Below, one piece after another: positions 13,560-26,244 of a DNA stretch of 64,000 bases. The stretch's first letter is position 1. The number at the start of each line of letters is the position of its first letter. This DNA comes from Rhina ancylostomus (lineage: Eukaryota), in the NCBI GenBank assembly GCA_030265395.1, contig JARFYF010000059.1:20418419-20482418 (forward strand), given 5' to 3'. The position numbers and the translations under genes were made by a program. The notes under the pieces are model-generated. The model was not told where the DNA came from. It saw only the letters and a program-made list of their open reading frames with translations, and ran no database searches.

Positions 13560-13616
13560 GAATATATACACATACGTTCACACAAACACACTCACGCACA
13601 CGCAGCCACACACACA
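13560..13616. repeat. Imperfect (CA)n/(GT)n microsatellite just 3' of the SKI stop; another at about 12319-12343
   Basis: Directly visible cacacaaacacactcacgcacacgcagccacacacac. Confidence 0.7.
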
Positions 13617-13634
13617 GTTTTGTGTATTTTTCTT

Positions 13635-13904
<270 letters not shown>

Positions 13905-13944
13905 CTATTGTATGAGTAGAAGAACATTGTTAGAGATACATATT

Positions 13945-14255
13945 ATAGAACCATAGAACAATACAGCACAATACAGGCCCTTCGGCCCACTGTGTTGTGC
14001 CGCCCACCAAACCACACCTCACACCATCTAACCCTTTCCTCCTGCATATCCCTCTATCCCACACTCCTCCATATGCCTATCCAACAACTTCTTGAACCTG
14101 TCCAACGTATCTGCCTCTACCACTACCCCAGGCAGCACATTCCATGCACCTACCACTCTCTGGGTGAAAAACATCCCTCTGACATTCCCCCTGAACTTAC
14201 CCCCCATTATTTTAAATCCATGCCCTCTTGTCTTGAGCATTGGTGCCCTGGGAAA
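13945..14255 (-). mobile_element. Young 5'-truncated CR1/HER1-type LINE in the last SKI intron
   Basis: Uninterrupted ORF2 C-terminus TRGHGFKIMGGKFRGNVRGMFFTQRVVGAWNVLPGVVVEADTLDRFKKLLDRHM, then gtgggccgaagggcctgt...gttctatggttcta tail. Confidence 0.9.
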
Positions 14256-14507
14256 GAGGGCTCCAATTATGAGTATGGATTATAAAAATGAACATGCTAA
14301 TCAATAATCACCATTAAAGTATAACAGACTGAGAAGAGTGTTTCTGCTGAGGTACACAACTTCCTCACGTGACCTAGTTTGGCCCCTCCCTCTCACAGCA
14401 TTACCCTACCAACCAATGGTCACGTAGGCAAGTATTATTTGAGCCAATGAACACTCAGTTGGAGGGGATAATGAGCGCTGGCTCCAGCTGGATAATAGCA
14501 TTGTTAT

Positions 14508-14815
14508 GGCTGCGGAGTGGTCGGTGCTGCTGCCTCACAGCTCCAGGGCCCCAGGTTCAATCCTGACCTTGGGTCTGTGAGTTGCATATTCTTTCTGTAA
14601 TTGCATGGGTTTCCCCCAGTTTGCTCTATTTGTTAGGTTGACTTGGCACTAGTGTAGATGGATGGCAGGAGAATTGGTCTGTGTGTGTGGGGGGGGGGGG
14701 GGGGGAGGGGTTAGGCAAGAGCTGATTGGGATGCAAGAGGAAGATTGGGATCAGTGCTTACTGTGCAGAGCAGACGCAGTGAGCCGAAGGCCCATTTGTA
14801 CTGTATGACTCCATT
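14508..14815 (+). mobile_element. tRNA-derived SINE, HE1/V-SINE-like
   Basis: Head gctgctgcctcacagctccagggccccaggttcaatcctgacc (box B GGTTCAATCC); tail gagccgaaggcccatttgtactgtatgactc shared with CR1. Confidence 0.75.
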
Positions 14816-14929
14816 GTTAGTACAGGTCGATATCATGCCTGTGGCAGATTTTGCTGGATGAAGAGGCTGAATAGCTACTCCCGTAACTACAAAATGTCTG
14901 TTCCCTCTGGGGAAAACCAACATACAAAT

Positions 14930-15442
14930 CCAAGAAACAGGAGTGAAAGAAGCCGCTTAGTCCCTCATACCTGTTCTGCCATTGAATTAGATCAGGGCTG
15001 ATCTTTTACCTCAGCACCACCTTCCTGCACTAGTCTATTGACTCCCTTAATATGCAAAACTCTCACCTCGGTACTGAATGTTCACGATTCTCTTGGATAG
15101 AGAACTCCAAAGATGTTTCACCCTCTGGGTGAAGAAATCTCTTCTTGTCTCAGCTCTAACTGCCCAACCCCTTGTTTTGAGACAGTGACCCCCGGTGCTC
15201 GACACCCCAACCAGGTGAAACACTATCACTACACCTACCCTGTCAAGTCCCAAGAATTCTGGATGTTTCAATGAGGTTATCTCTCATCCTTTTAAACTTT
15301 GCAAAGTATAACTCCAGTCTGCTTAATCTCTCTTCACTGAACAATTCCCCTGTCCCAGGGATCCATTTGGTAAACCTCTGCTACACTAACTCTATCTCAA
15401 GTACATTCTTCCTTAGGTAGGGAGACCAGAACTGAACACATT
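14930..15442 (-). mobile_element. Decayed CR1-type LINE 3' fragment
   Basis: ORF remnant GHCLKTRGWAVRAETRRDFFTQRVKHLWSSL. Confidence 0.85.
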
Positions 15443-15707
15443 ACCTTTACCTTTAACTTCTCTTAGCCACAGGTCGACCACTTTAGCTGAAGGTTTTGCA
15501 TCCAAGAAGGATATACACATTGCAAATTATGCATTAATTTTTTCAAATGTTAGTCATTGCTTGTTTACTTATTATACCTTTTGCTCTTCCCCAAAGGGCC
15601 CCTAACTATAATAGTATTAGTTAATTAATTGCACAATACTAGATTTAAAATCACCTGTTCCCTGGATGGTACATGTGTATGGCACAGTGGAGAATAATTG
15701 CAGAAAT

Positions 15708-15800
15708 ATAGTTCTGATGAAAAATCAATCTAACTCTGTCTTTGTCTCCAGAGATGTTGCCTGACCCACTGAGTGTTTCCAGAAATGTTCTTTTCTGTTG
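15708..15800. mobile_element. Penelope-type short element, one arm
   Basis: gttctgatga...taactctgtctttgtctccagagatgttgcctgacccactgagtgtttccag. Confidence 0.55.
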
Positions 15801-18800
15801 GCGTTTTACTTGGTTCAACTCTGAAGAAATTTGTTGTAGAAATTAAGGCCTATCTTTATGTTCAATACAAACTTAACTGTATCTTGATGAAAAAAAACTT
15901 TGTCAGAAGCATTGACATTTTATGTAGGTAAACTCCAAAGTTGTACTACTGAACAGAAGATGAACATAAGTATTCAAGATGCTCCCTTATTATTGTTTTA
16001 AATTCTGAGCAGTAAAACCCCTGACAGATGTTTCACTGATGCACCATAATCACATTAATCAGGTCTACACAGACATGGCACTTGTATTTTTTCAAAACTG
16101 ATAATAATTTAGTAAGCACAGCATTGAAGAAGAGTTAATATGTTCCAGAGGAGCCAGAGAATGTGCTTGCCTTGGCATTCAATAAGTTAACTAACATTGT
16201 AAACAACTTTCCTGGTAAAGGAAATTAAACAATCTCACAAACGTGAAGTAGAAATAACAGAGATGACACTGATTGAGAAATAAAGTGCATCACAATTCAT
16301 TATGACAGACTAGTCACATCCTGGTTAACAGCAACAGATGAAGTCGCCTTTGGACTCTTGTTAGCTGTTTTCCCACCCCCTCTTCACCTGCTATATTTAC
16401 CATGTTCTCTCTCTCTCTCAGAAGATAATTTATGTGTCTGAGAGGTGTAATTGGCTTGCAACTGAGGATACTAGTACAATATAATGAACAGTCCTCAGCT
16501 CAGCTATAACTAGAGGTCAGGCTTATGCCATAGCACTCCAGCATTGCAAGCCTGACAATTAAATCTTAATTAGAAGACAGCAGCCAATACAACACGTGGA
16601 AGAAATAAGTGAAAATTGTAATGTGAAAAGATGCATAAAACCTTAACTGCTGCTGGCAGGTGTAGATAATGTCAGGGAAGTCACCACGGGAATATTTCAT
16701 TACTGCACCTCTCTCCTAATTTTGCTTTATTATTATTTCCTCATTCACTTTAGAGCACACACCATTACCCCATCCAAAAGAGAGAATAGCAGGCTGCCAC
16801 TGTTCTGTGATCAGCTGTTAGAAAGCACGTCTCCCTGTCGATTAGCTGCCCTCCCTCCAGTTCTTTCCCCAACGTCTGTTACTGAAAAATCATGTTGTAG
16901 CCTCTTTCACTCCCAAATAACAACTGGGATCCATGAAATACACAATAATCTCCCTTTCAATAAGACTTTGGTGAAACTCTGGGCCTCAGGTTTGAATGGG
17001 GATAGGTAATGGCATGCCAGAGGTGAGCCCAATCCTGGTCCCAGCCACACCTTCAGAGATTAGAGACCAGTGCAGGAACTAAAGGGCTCTGAGATCAAAT
17101 ATAGTGCCCCAGCTAAAGCCAGAACTAAAGGTTAATTACAGACCCAACTCAGGACCTTTCTACCTGATGCTGGGTTCAGATACTCCATCTCTATTCTAAT
17201 GAACTAACAATAGAATAATGTCTAGATCATGAACCAAATTCTGCTCTAGTTTCTTTTTTAATACTTGAATTAATATCTGTCCCTAATGCATGCATCTCTG
17301 GGTAGATACTGCAACAAGGATGCTCCATTATTCTCATTTATTTATCTAACATAACTTTGCAGGAGATAAAATCTGCACAAAATGCTTCACTTCATTGCAT
17401 CATGTGTTCCATCAAGTTTTGGTTATGGGTTTAATCCTCCACCCAAAAGCTGAGCAAATAATCAGAGGCCCCCATTTCCATGTGCTAGAGGAAGTGGTAC
17501 TCGTTGGAGGAGAATGGAAGTTCCATCGTTGCACAAGTAACTACCTTAAAAATGATTTTGCTATGAAAACACTGAAAAGAGGGTGGTCTTGTCTGGTAAC
17601 CATTCCAAAAAGTTTCACAGAGCTTTGATGTGGTTGTTACACAGGTTTTACACTTACAAACACGTTACAACATATTGATTCACACGCTAAAACCCTGTGA
17701 AAATGTCACATTAGGAACATTGACACTGTCATCAATATCAGCTGTAATGTCTCACCTACAGGAATAAACTTTGTGTTCCTATTACATTGCAACTATTTGG
17801 TGCAGAAAGGTCAGGTCAGCCATTTCCCTCAACCAGAAGTGTACTGTAGGCAACACCCATATAGCAGTTCCTACTCAGTTTTGTTTAGTCTGCCAAAGTC
17901 ATTCTCTGCAACTCTGCGTGATGTTGAAACGGAAATCTACATCATTTCCCTTTCCTTCATTTGATTGTTAATGTCTTGAATCTGCAATACTTTCCCTGTT
18001 CTTAATCTTCCTGCTCAATTTTGGGAGTGGAGAAGCATTGTTGAATCTTGAATCTAAACCTTTACACACTCCTTAATGTAGAAGCTTACCCAAACTAACC
18101 CACTCGTTCTGTCAAGGGACGCCATAGTAGAAACTTGCCCTTAGTTATCAGTGCTAAAGAGGCAAATATTAGAGCAGCTGTGCACTGAAGTCCACTTCTG
18201 AAATTCCTGGTTTTGAAGTACAGTGGTTGCTATTATGGTGTATTTTTCAAATTATAGGCAACTTGTTTCTGTATGGGTTCAGTGAAATTCAATAAGAAAT
18301 TGCACTTACATAATACACCAGATTATTATTTTTTTAAAAGGTAACCTGGTGAGGTAACATGTTGCATCAATGTCATACACTGACAGTGCAACAAAGTCCA
18401 AGGTTATAACTAGCATCTGTTCAAAACTACGTCATGGCCACTGAACTTATGGAGATGGCAGTGCAAGGGACATGTTAAGTTGGATAATGAGGCTTTACTT
18501 AGAGTTTGGTTAGCAAACTGAACATGAAAATTAGGAAATTAAGACTTTTACCCCTTCTCTCTGTACTGGAAACACCATGGTGCCTACCCTGGGCCATGAC
18601 AGCTCATTGATTGGATGGTCAGGATTCCTCAGACTTGGCACAGAGAAGGACAGTTGCCATTTGCTGCTCGCCTGTCATAATCACATAAATGCAGATGCCA
18701 AGCCTGCCTCGGAATCAGCGCCTGCAGGTTCAGACTGCATTGCCAAATTTATGCTGGAGGCAGACAAGCGGTGAACTTCTCCACTTCACAGTCTGGTTCA

Positions 18801-19518
18801 GACGTGAAGAATGCCATTTACTACAGTACTGGATCACCCCAGGGAAATGTAACTCAGCATCAGTCAACTGCATTGCTGGTTGTGGTGGGAGGGGGTGTGG
18901 GTGGAAGGAGCAGAAAATTGAAATAAACAAAAGAAGCATGTTAATTGTATCCAATTGATATATATCAATTAGTGTTAATTGTATTCAGGTGGTAGGCATC
19001 AACTGGGGATTCTACTGTACTCACTTGTACAGGAACTGGCGTGGGAAGAGGAGAATGAGCTTACACACACATCATGACATACAGAATGTTTCCCTGTGAA
19101 TAATTCCACCCTCCTCCACCTGGCTACTTGACCTTAAATGCACAGGAAATCAAGTCTTGCATTCTACAGACCATCTTCCTCAACTCATCCCTCAACTACC
19201 CAGTTCCACTCTGCCTTACCTGCCATACCTATCCAGATGCATTACACCCAAAGTTAGACCAGTGATGTTAAATTTCTCCCTGACACAGCCAACAGAAGTT
19301 GAGAATCAACAGGGATTGGTGTACCTTATGTTCACAGCCAGGAAACCCGATGCCCGGCACATCTTGGGTAACCTCCCAGCAGTATTAAGATTGTGGATTT
19401 CCTGTTCTCATAACCCAAATTATCAGTCACAACATGATGCAACTGTGAAGCAGTAATTTTGCAATCCAAAGCAAAGTGTGAAGTTAGGTAACTTTAAGTC
19501 TATCACTGAATTCAATCA

Positions 19519-19764
<246 letters not shown>

Positions 19765-21429
19765 CTACAAAGCCAAGAGAAGAAAGTTCAGTTAAGTGGA
19801 AAATTAAGACACTTTTAATTTTGTAAGGTTGGTTTTCTAGTGTGACTCATCTTTCTCTGCAAATTCTTATCTTAAAAACTTAGGACTGACACAAAGATGC
19901 CTTCTTCCCATGTGAATCACATGTGACTGTCATGATTCGGATGACAATTTCCTTGCTATTTTCAATTTTGCAACAGCCCGGAGTATAGTCATTACATTGC
20001 AACTTGCTGCCATGAATGGCATATAATCTAAAAGAACTCTCATGTTGAAAATGAGACTCAAAGCAATGGTTAACGATGAGACCCAAGATGTACAAGTGCT
20101 ACTCTCTGCTTTATCTTAGCCTGTGTATGACAGGTGAACCAATAGTTTAGAATTAGTTTTCCAACCTAACCAGTCTTGTTCTTGAAATCCATGAAAAGTT
20201 GGATCCTATCTATTATGGAGTTTGATTTTCTTTGAGAGAGATGCCAGGAGTCTGACTAAATTAATATATTTCTTCAGATTGAAATTACAGTGGTCAATGA
20301 GTAGCTGTATTTCACCCAATAAGTTGGTGTCTTTATTCCATTCATTGTCAAGTCATCCAGCGTTGACTAAAAGAAGTTGATTTACAGAACAACTAACTTT
20401 CCTTCTCAGCCATACGAAATGATCTGACAAACCGTACATATCTAAAGGCAACACCCTCAACCAGTAGCCATAGGAAATCCTTCACTTTCTGATAATATCA
20501 TTTCCCAAACAAAACAGTACAGACTCAAGAACTGGATAGACTGGCCAAAACAAGTACTTAGGGATTACACATCATGGTAGTTCCAATATGTTTATATTTC
20601 AATTGATGGTCCCATTCACTACACTGAACACATCAATAAATGGATGCTGTGGTTCCTCTGGAGGTGTTATATGCAGTGACAAGATGAACATCACTTAAAG
20701 TGCTGCCAATTATGCTTCTTGGCTGTCGCCACACTGAGGGGGTTCAGGCCACTGTGGTATTTCTTCTGCTTGATGACCACTCAAGCTAAGGCAGAAAGAA
20801 AGCAGCAGACTATGTGGTTATATTCTCTGTCGGTTGAGCTCAATAAAAGAGCTATCCAATTAGTTCCAATCCCTTACCCTTACATTAAAGCTCCTCAGAT
20901 TTTTTTCCCTTTAGAGAATTTATTCAATTCCCTTTTGAAAGTTGTTGTTTCATCTGCTTCCAGTGGCCTTTTAGGCATCATTTGGTAGGTGTGCCCTTTT
21001 TAAGGGTGACGATATGTATGCTCCTGGCTATTCTTGGCCAATATCCTATTTTACTAATATCCAAATATACTAGGAGACTAGGTAGGGGCCGGCATTCTTG
21101 TGCAGCCCTTCCACGCTTCAGCCAAGCTGGAATTCATGTTTGAGGAGCTCTGATAATTAACACTGCCTTCTTCACAGAAATGAAGGCTTTGCTCATTAAT
21201 TGTTAGGGCTACAAATTTGGAACTACCATAAACCAAGCTTCCAAGGTGGAACATGAAAATATAAAATTAATATTTACAATCATCAGCACATCTGCACTTG
21301 ACATAATTGATTCTTTATGTCTGTTAATGTAGGTGCACCAGCTTTGCTAATTTGATGTATTTTTTCTGTCACTGAATACAATTTTTGTTTTAATTCATGG
21401 CATCTTACAAGTAGTATCTCTCTCCTTAC

Positions 21430-21728
21430 CTGCTGCAAACTGCGCTTGGCTTGTAAAGCAGCGTTCAGCTTTTCCTCTTGCTTTACTCGCATCTTTATGA
21501 TTTCATGTAAGAATTTCTCCTTGGCCTCCTTGGTGTCAATCCCAATGTCCAAGGCNNNNNNNNNNNNNNNNNNNNNNNNNNNNNNNNNNNNNNNNNNNNN
21601 NNNNNNNNNNNNNNNNNNNNNNNNNNNNNNNNNNNNNNNNNNNNNNNNNNNNNNNNNNNNNNNNNNNNNNNNNNATGAACCAGATGAGGTGAAGGAAGGA
21701 GAAGAAAGTGAAGACAATGATGATGTGA
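21430..21728 (-). CDS. SKI: SKI exon 5 (299 nt including N gap 21556-21674, phase 1/0)
   Basis: Acceptor ttccttcctacag; (F)[17 protein letters not shown]...gap...[42 protein letters not shown]; donor gtaagg. The frame is preserved across the gap. Confidence 0.95.
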
Positions 21729-22700
21729 CTGTAGGAAGGAAAGAACATTTGCATTACTACCCATACCTGGATAATCCTACTTAACAGCTTTTTCCTTGTG
21801 GTCACTTTTCATTTGGAAAGCTGGATACTGTCTGGAGGTAATACAGCTGAACCAGTCCAGTCTCCACACAATCAATGTCATACACTACATCGTCAGTGGG
21901 TGGCTGACTAAAGTGAGAACCTGTCCCTAGTCTTGTGGTGCTAATAGCGAAAAGTTAATCTGCTATTGCAGGTCGCAGAGCACAAATCTGAAAGGGAAGG
22001 TGTGGAATGAGCCCATCACCAGATTGGCTGTCAAATGGCATGATTAGGTGCCATAACTTTTCCACCTCTAACAGAGAAGTTTTGACTCTGACGTTAAATT
22101 GCAGGATATTGGTAATTGGGACACAGAGAACACTGTAATCTCTGTCTGTTATTTTATTAACTGTACCAACTTGCTGAAGGCAAATGAGTTAACACTGTCC
22201 TCAACTAGCAGGATAAGTGATTCAGATGTACATTATTATCACCTGATGTTACTTCTAAAGTCCTTGCTTTATCTTGTGGGCTTATCAGCCCACTTGATTG
22301 GGGCAGGTGAACTTTAACTATGAGCTGGCTCTAAGACAGTTGAATTTTATCTCTTGTCGAACTTGTGGCACAAACCAAATACTGCCTCGGAAGGAAGGAA
22401 AACTGTCTGCATCAAAGCCACTTTGTCTTTGTCTATTTAAAAAAACCCTCTATCACAACAACAGATTACTAACAGATATCAGTAAGGGTACAAATGGCAC
22501 CCTCATTCCATTAAGGGATCAGTAGAGCCTCTTATCCATAGGTGTAATTTGCAGGTAACAAATGTCAAAGTGACACGTTATTATGTTAAAAGAGCCTCTT
22601 CAATTCAGATTCTTCATGTAGGCAGGAAACCAAGCTCATCAGTGACAATGACAGACCGTTATTTTACAGTAAAAAGAAATAAGCCACTGTTGTTATCCAC

Positions 22701-22910
22701 AAAGCGCTGGAGCAACTCAGTGGGTCAGGCAGCATCTATGAAGAGAAATAGACAGTCAATGTTTTAGGTTGATACCCTTCATCTGGACTCTGGATGAAGG
22801 GTCTCGACCTGAAATGTCGACTGTCCATTTTCCTCCATAGATGCTGCCTGACCCGCTGACTTCCTTCAGTGCTTTATGTGTTGCTCCAGATTGCAGTCTC
22901 TTGTGACTCC
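22701..22910. mobile_element. Palindromic Penelope-type element with hammerhead-like centre (SKI intron 4)
   Basis: Inverted arms of about 85 bp: ...gggtcaggcagcatctatg...cccttcatc / gatgaaggg...catagatgctgcctgaccc... Confidence 0.8.
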
Positions 22911-23211
22911 ATGGTTGTAATCCATCCTGACACTCCAATGTTAAAGTCCAAACATACTTTCCCTGCAGAGTGGAAGGTTGTGGAGTTTGACTCCGAAGTC
23001 TTGTCATAAGAGCTTTTGTGAGTTGGTACGTCTGGAGAAGCACAGACTGGAAGTAAAGCACGTCAGCCAATCACCTCTGACTCCAGTGCTGTGCTGACAG
23101 AGATCATGAAGTAGTCCATTCATCAGGCTTCTCAATATGGAGAAGAATTTGGGGCGGGCTGGGGGAGAGGGTGAGGAGTTAGTTTATAAGCTGTGTGTGA
23201 ATTAAACTTAC

Positions 23212-23480
23212 ATCCTTCTCTGCTCTCAACTTCCACTTCAGCATCTGAATCTTTGTCTTCAGAAGGAAACGTGGCAGCAAGAGGAGCAGCTGTTTCCTGT
23301 TCAAGCTCTGATTCTGCAGTTACCCTCCTTTTCCGAGGTCTGTTAACTTCATTTTGAGTCCCGGCGTTCTGTGTGACTGCAGTGGCCAATGGTGACTGTC
23401 GTCCAGTCCTCTGCTGGGGCAGTGGTGTTAGAGCAACGTTCGGTGCCACTGAACTTTCGTAACTTTTGTACGCATAGAAA
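23212..23480 (-). CDS. SKI: SKI exon 4 (269 nt, phase 2/1)
   Basis: Acceptor ctcttcatag; (S)FYAYKSYESSVAPNVALTP...PRKRRVT...EDKDSDAEVEVESREG; donor gtaagt. Matches human FYSYKSFETAVAPNVAL...PRKRKLT...EEDKDSEAEVEVESRE. Confidence 0.96.
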
Positions 23481-24038
23481 CTATGAAGAGAGCACAGAAC
23501 TATTCAGAACTGGGAGAATATATACCCACCCTCAAAATACAGTGAAATCTTACCTTCCCCAATACAAATTTGGTCATCTCTCTTTTTGTATTATTAAAGC
23601 TCAGAATTCCAATGTTAAAGCTGCAAGAGCTTCGGATGAGCTCATCTATAAGGGGTGCACCCATTTGCTGGTCAGCAGTGCCACAGAGTGACTGAGAGTT
23701 AAGCCAAGAGAGAATTAAAAGCCACGAACCAAAACACAAACGGTGACATTAACAACCTTTCTCAGCGTCTAGGGTTGGAGTGACAATGTGTTCAAATTAT
23801 ACGGAAGCTGCCTTCTAATTGGTCCTCTATCCCCCTCCCTCAAAGAGAGGGGCTCACAAACAGCTCATTTCAAATGAAAATATCACAGTTTCATTCTCCA
23901 CACAGAACATACTTCACTTTTTTGTTATTTAAAGAAATGTGCAAACAAGTTGTCACACTCGCCTTAAGATTTTGCTAACATCCATAAAAAGCTCTTAACC
24001 ACACCATATTTCACTTTGAGCACAATCAGATACTGTAC

Positions 24039-24163
24039 CTGTCCCGGGACAGTGCAGGATGGTGAGTCAGAATTTCTTTTTCAATTGTTGAAGTGGCTGG
24101 TGACCAGGGTCTGAAGGCGGAGAGTCTTTGCTGAGAATGTACGCAATTGCTACTTAGAACATT
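24039..24163 (-). CDS. SKI: SKI exon 3 (125 nt, phase 0/2)
   Basis: Acceptor tttctttgtctag; [41 protein letters not shown](S); donor gtacag. Contains the SKI/SKIL hallmark [11 protein letters not shown]. Absent from the ORF track; read directly from the sequence. Confidence 0.95.
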
Positions 24164-25084
24164 CTAGACAAAGAAAATTATTATATTTTTCATCATTCTT
24201 CATTCCACAGAATTTTCCTTGCAATTGTTCTGCATTAACTTTTCACCAACTTATTTCCCTTCTTAGCTTTCTCTCTCTTCCTCCCTTCTCTCTGTGTCTT
24301 CATGTTTTTAAAGGTGACATGGTTGGGAAGCTGCTTCAGAGGTTCTGACAGACTTTAATGGCCAGTTAATGGACACATATTCCTTAGTAGCCAGTATTCG
24401 ACCTTTGATATTTGACCATGGTGGACACTACAGCCCAATACAAGAGTCTTGCTGCCCATGCACACTTATACATGTGCAAAGACAAATAAACACCCCTTCA
24501 ACAGCAGTGACCAGACTGTGACCAGAATCTTGGATAGGTTTTCATCTCCCTATTCCAGAAGTGTAGATGCCAGTTGTAGTGCACTTGGCAATACCATGGC
24601 TGAAATTAGCCAACTTTGATCTGGGCTTCTTGACTCTCATGGAAACTTGGATTAGATTAGATTAGAGGTTCATTTGTTTAGGGCGCCCAGAGGGCAGGGG
24701 AGTTTCCTTTGCATAATGTTTCTGAAGGAAAAGCAGACTTGACAGAACTTGATCAATGGAAGTCTAGAAAACACGCTTGTCAAAAGTTAACAGAACTTCA
24801 TCTAATTACTAAAATAAAACTTACTCCACAGTGTTTCCTCTATTAAGAACCTCCCCCTTCCTCAGACTGTTGCCACATGCTTTCCTCTCGGTTGGAACGT
24901 GTGTGTCAACTATCCAGCTGCCAGTTCCTCCTTCAATTCTGCTCAACTTCAATCTGTATTACAGACTTCATTGCAGCCCCAATGCTAAATTCATTTCTTG
25001 TAATACAGGCAAAAACCGCTCACTTTTTCCTCCCTCCCTCTTTCTACAGAAGTTATTTGTTTGACTTATTACTGAATGACGTAC

Positions 25085-25213
25085 CTTAGTCCCAGAAGGA
25101 GAGGGAAAGGACCTCCACCATTCAGGCTGTTTCTCCTTCTCACTTGTAGTTGGATACTCTGAAGTAGTTTCATCTTTCTTGAACTTTTTAAACACTGTTT
25201 GGTCAAAGGGGAC
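25085..25213 (-). CDS. SKI: SKI proto-oncogene, coding exon equivalent to human exon 2 (129 nt, phase 0/0)
   Basis: Minus strand: acceptor tttctgtatag, then VPFDQTVFKKFKKDETTSEYPTTSEKEKQPEWWRSFPSPSGTK, then donor gtacgt. Resembles the human exon 2 peptide (...SEKDKPSSWLR...NK) in size and motif; phase joins the next exon. Confidence 0.85.
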
Positions 25214-25544
25214 CTATACAGAAAGCAAACAAAGAATAAAGTTAGGATCCTTTTTGATGGTATACAATGCAAATACACTTAACAGAAAAAGTTAATTTGA
25301 TCAGGGACACTGAAAGCTAGACTAATAAAACTTTTTCATTAAGTTTCTTTGAGGATTGTGACTGAAACTTTTGCAAGATCTAAATATATGGATGAATACT
25401 GAACCAAACTGGAGAGGCTGAATTTCCAATGTGATACGTACAAACCAAAAGTTTTAAGAGAGTCTACAAAAGTGGAATAATGAAAATCTGCTCTGACGGA
25501 ACAAGACAATAAATATCATCATGTTGGAATAGACAAGATGACCG

Positions 25545-25920
25545 AGAAGGTCGACACCATCCAAGACAAAGCACCCTCCTTGACTGGTACACTATATACC
25601 ACCCTCAATATTCATTCCCTTTACCATCAACACATCCTGGCTGCTGTGTGAACCATCTACAAAATGTTCTGAAGTTACTCTGAAAGCAAACTCATTATCT
25701 TTAGCACCAAGGAAGATTAGCACAGGAACACCACCTGCAGATTCCTCTCTAAGTTTCACGTCTTCCTCACTTGGATATCAATACTCCTTCATTGTCAGTG
25801 GGGTTAGTTCCTTGAACTTCCTTCCCAACAGCAGCGGGGAACACCTTCACCAGAAAGATGGTTCAGAAGGCGGTCACCTTCAAAGGCAGTCCAGGATAAG
25901 CACTTCCATTGACAGCTACA
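25545..25920 (+). mobile_element. Old LINE 3' fragment (CR1/L2 group)
   Basis: gacaccatccaagacaaagca (DTIQDKA)...accatctacaaaatg; homologous to the end of the element at 52080-53095. Confidence 0.6.
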
Positions 25921-26244
25921 TCTCAAAAAAAAACCAATAAAATGTTCTCAAAATGTGAATGGCCTTTTATTTGAGGCAATGAGGCAAACTGTTAACGTGA
26001 GAGAAAGATAAGGAAAAAAACAACTTTCCTAAAGGTCCATTCAGTAAGTAGTTTCCAGGCCAACTGATTTTGACGGGGACAACACTGGGGGATTGCAATT
26101 CAGGGTAATACCCCTGGGGTACAGAAAGTAAGGACGATATTACGTCAAAATTTGTTCCAACGACATCCACTGGTAAATATGGGTAGCAGTTATAAGTTAC
26201 AAATCAACAGACGTAAAATTCCACTCAAAATGTGAAATAAAACA

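Larger units (their letters stand above)
9270..13634 (-). other. SKI: Probable SKI 3' UTR (~4.4 kb)
   Basis: Follows the stop codon; U-rich on the minus strand; no recognisable interspersed repeats, unlike the flanks; ends in a cluster of AATAAA signals. The distal end is inferred. Confidence 0.7.
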
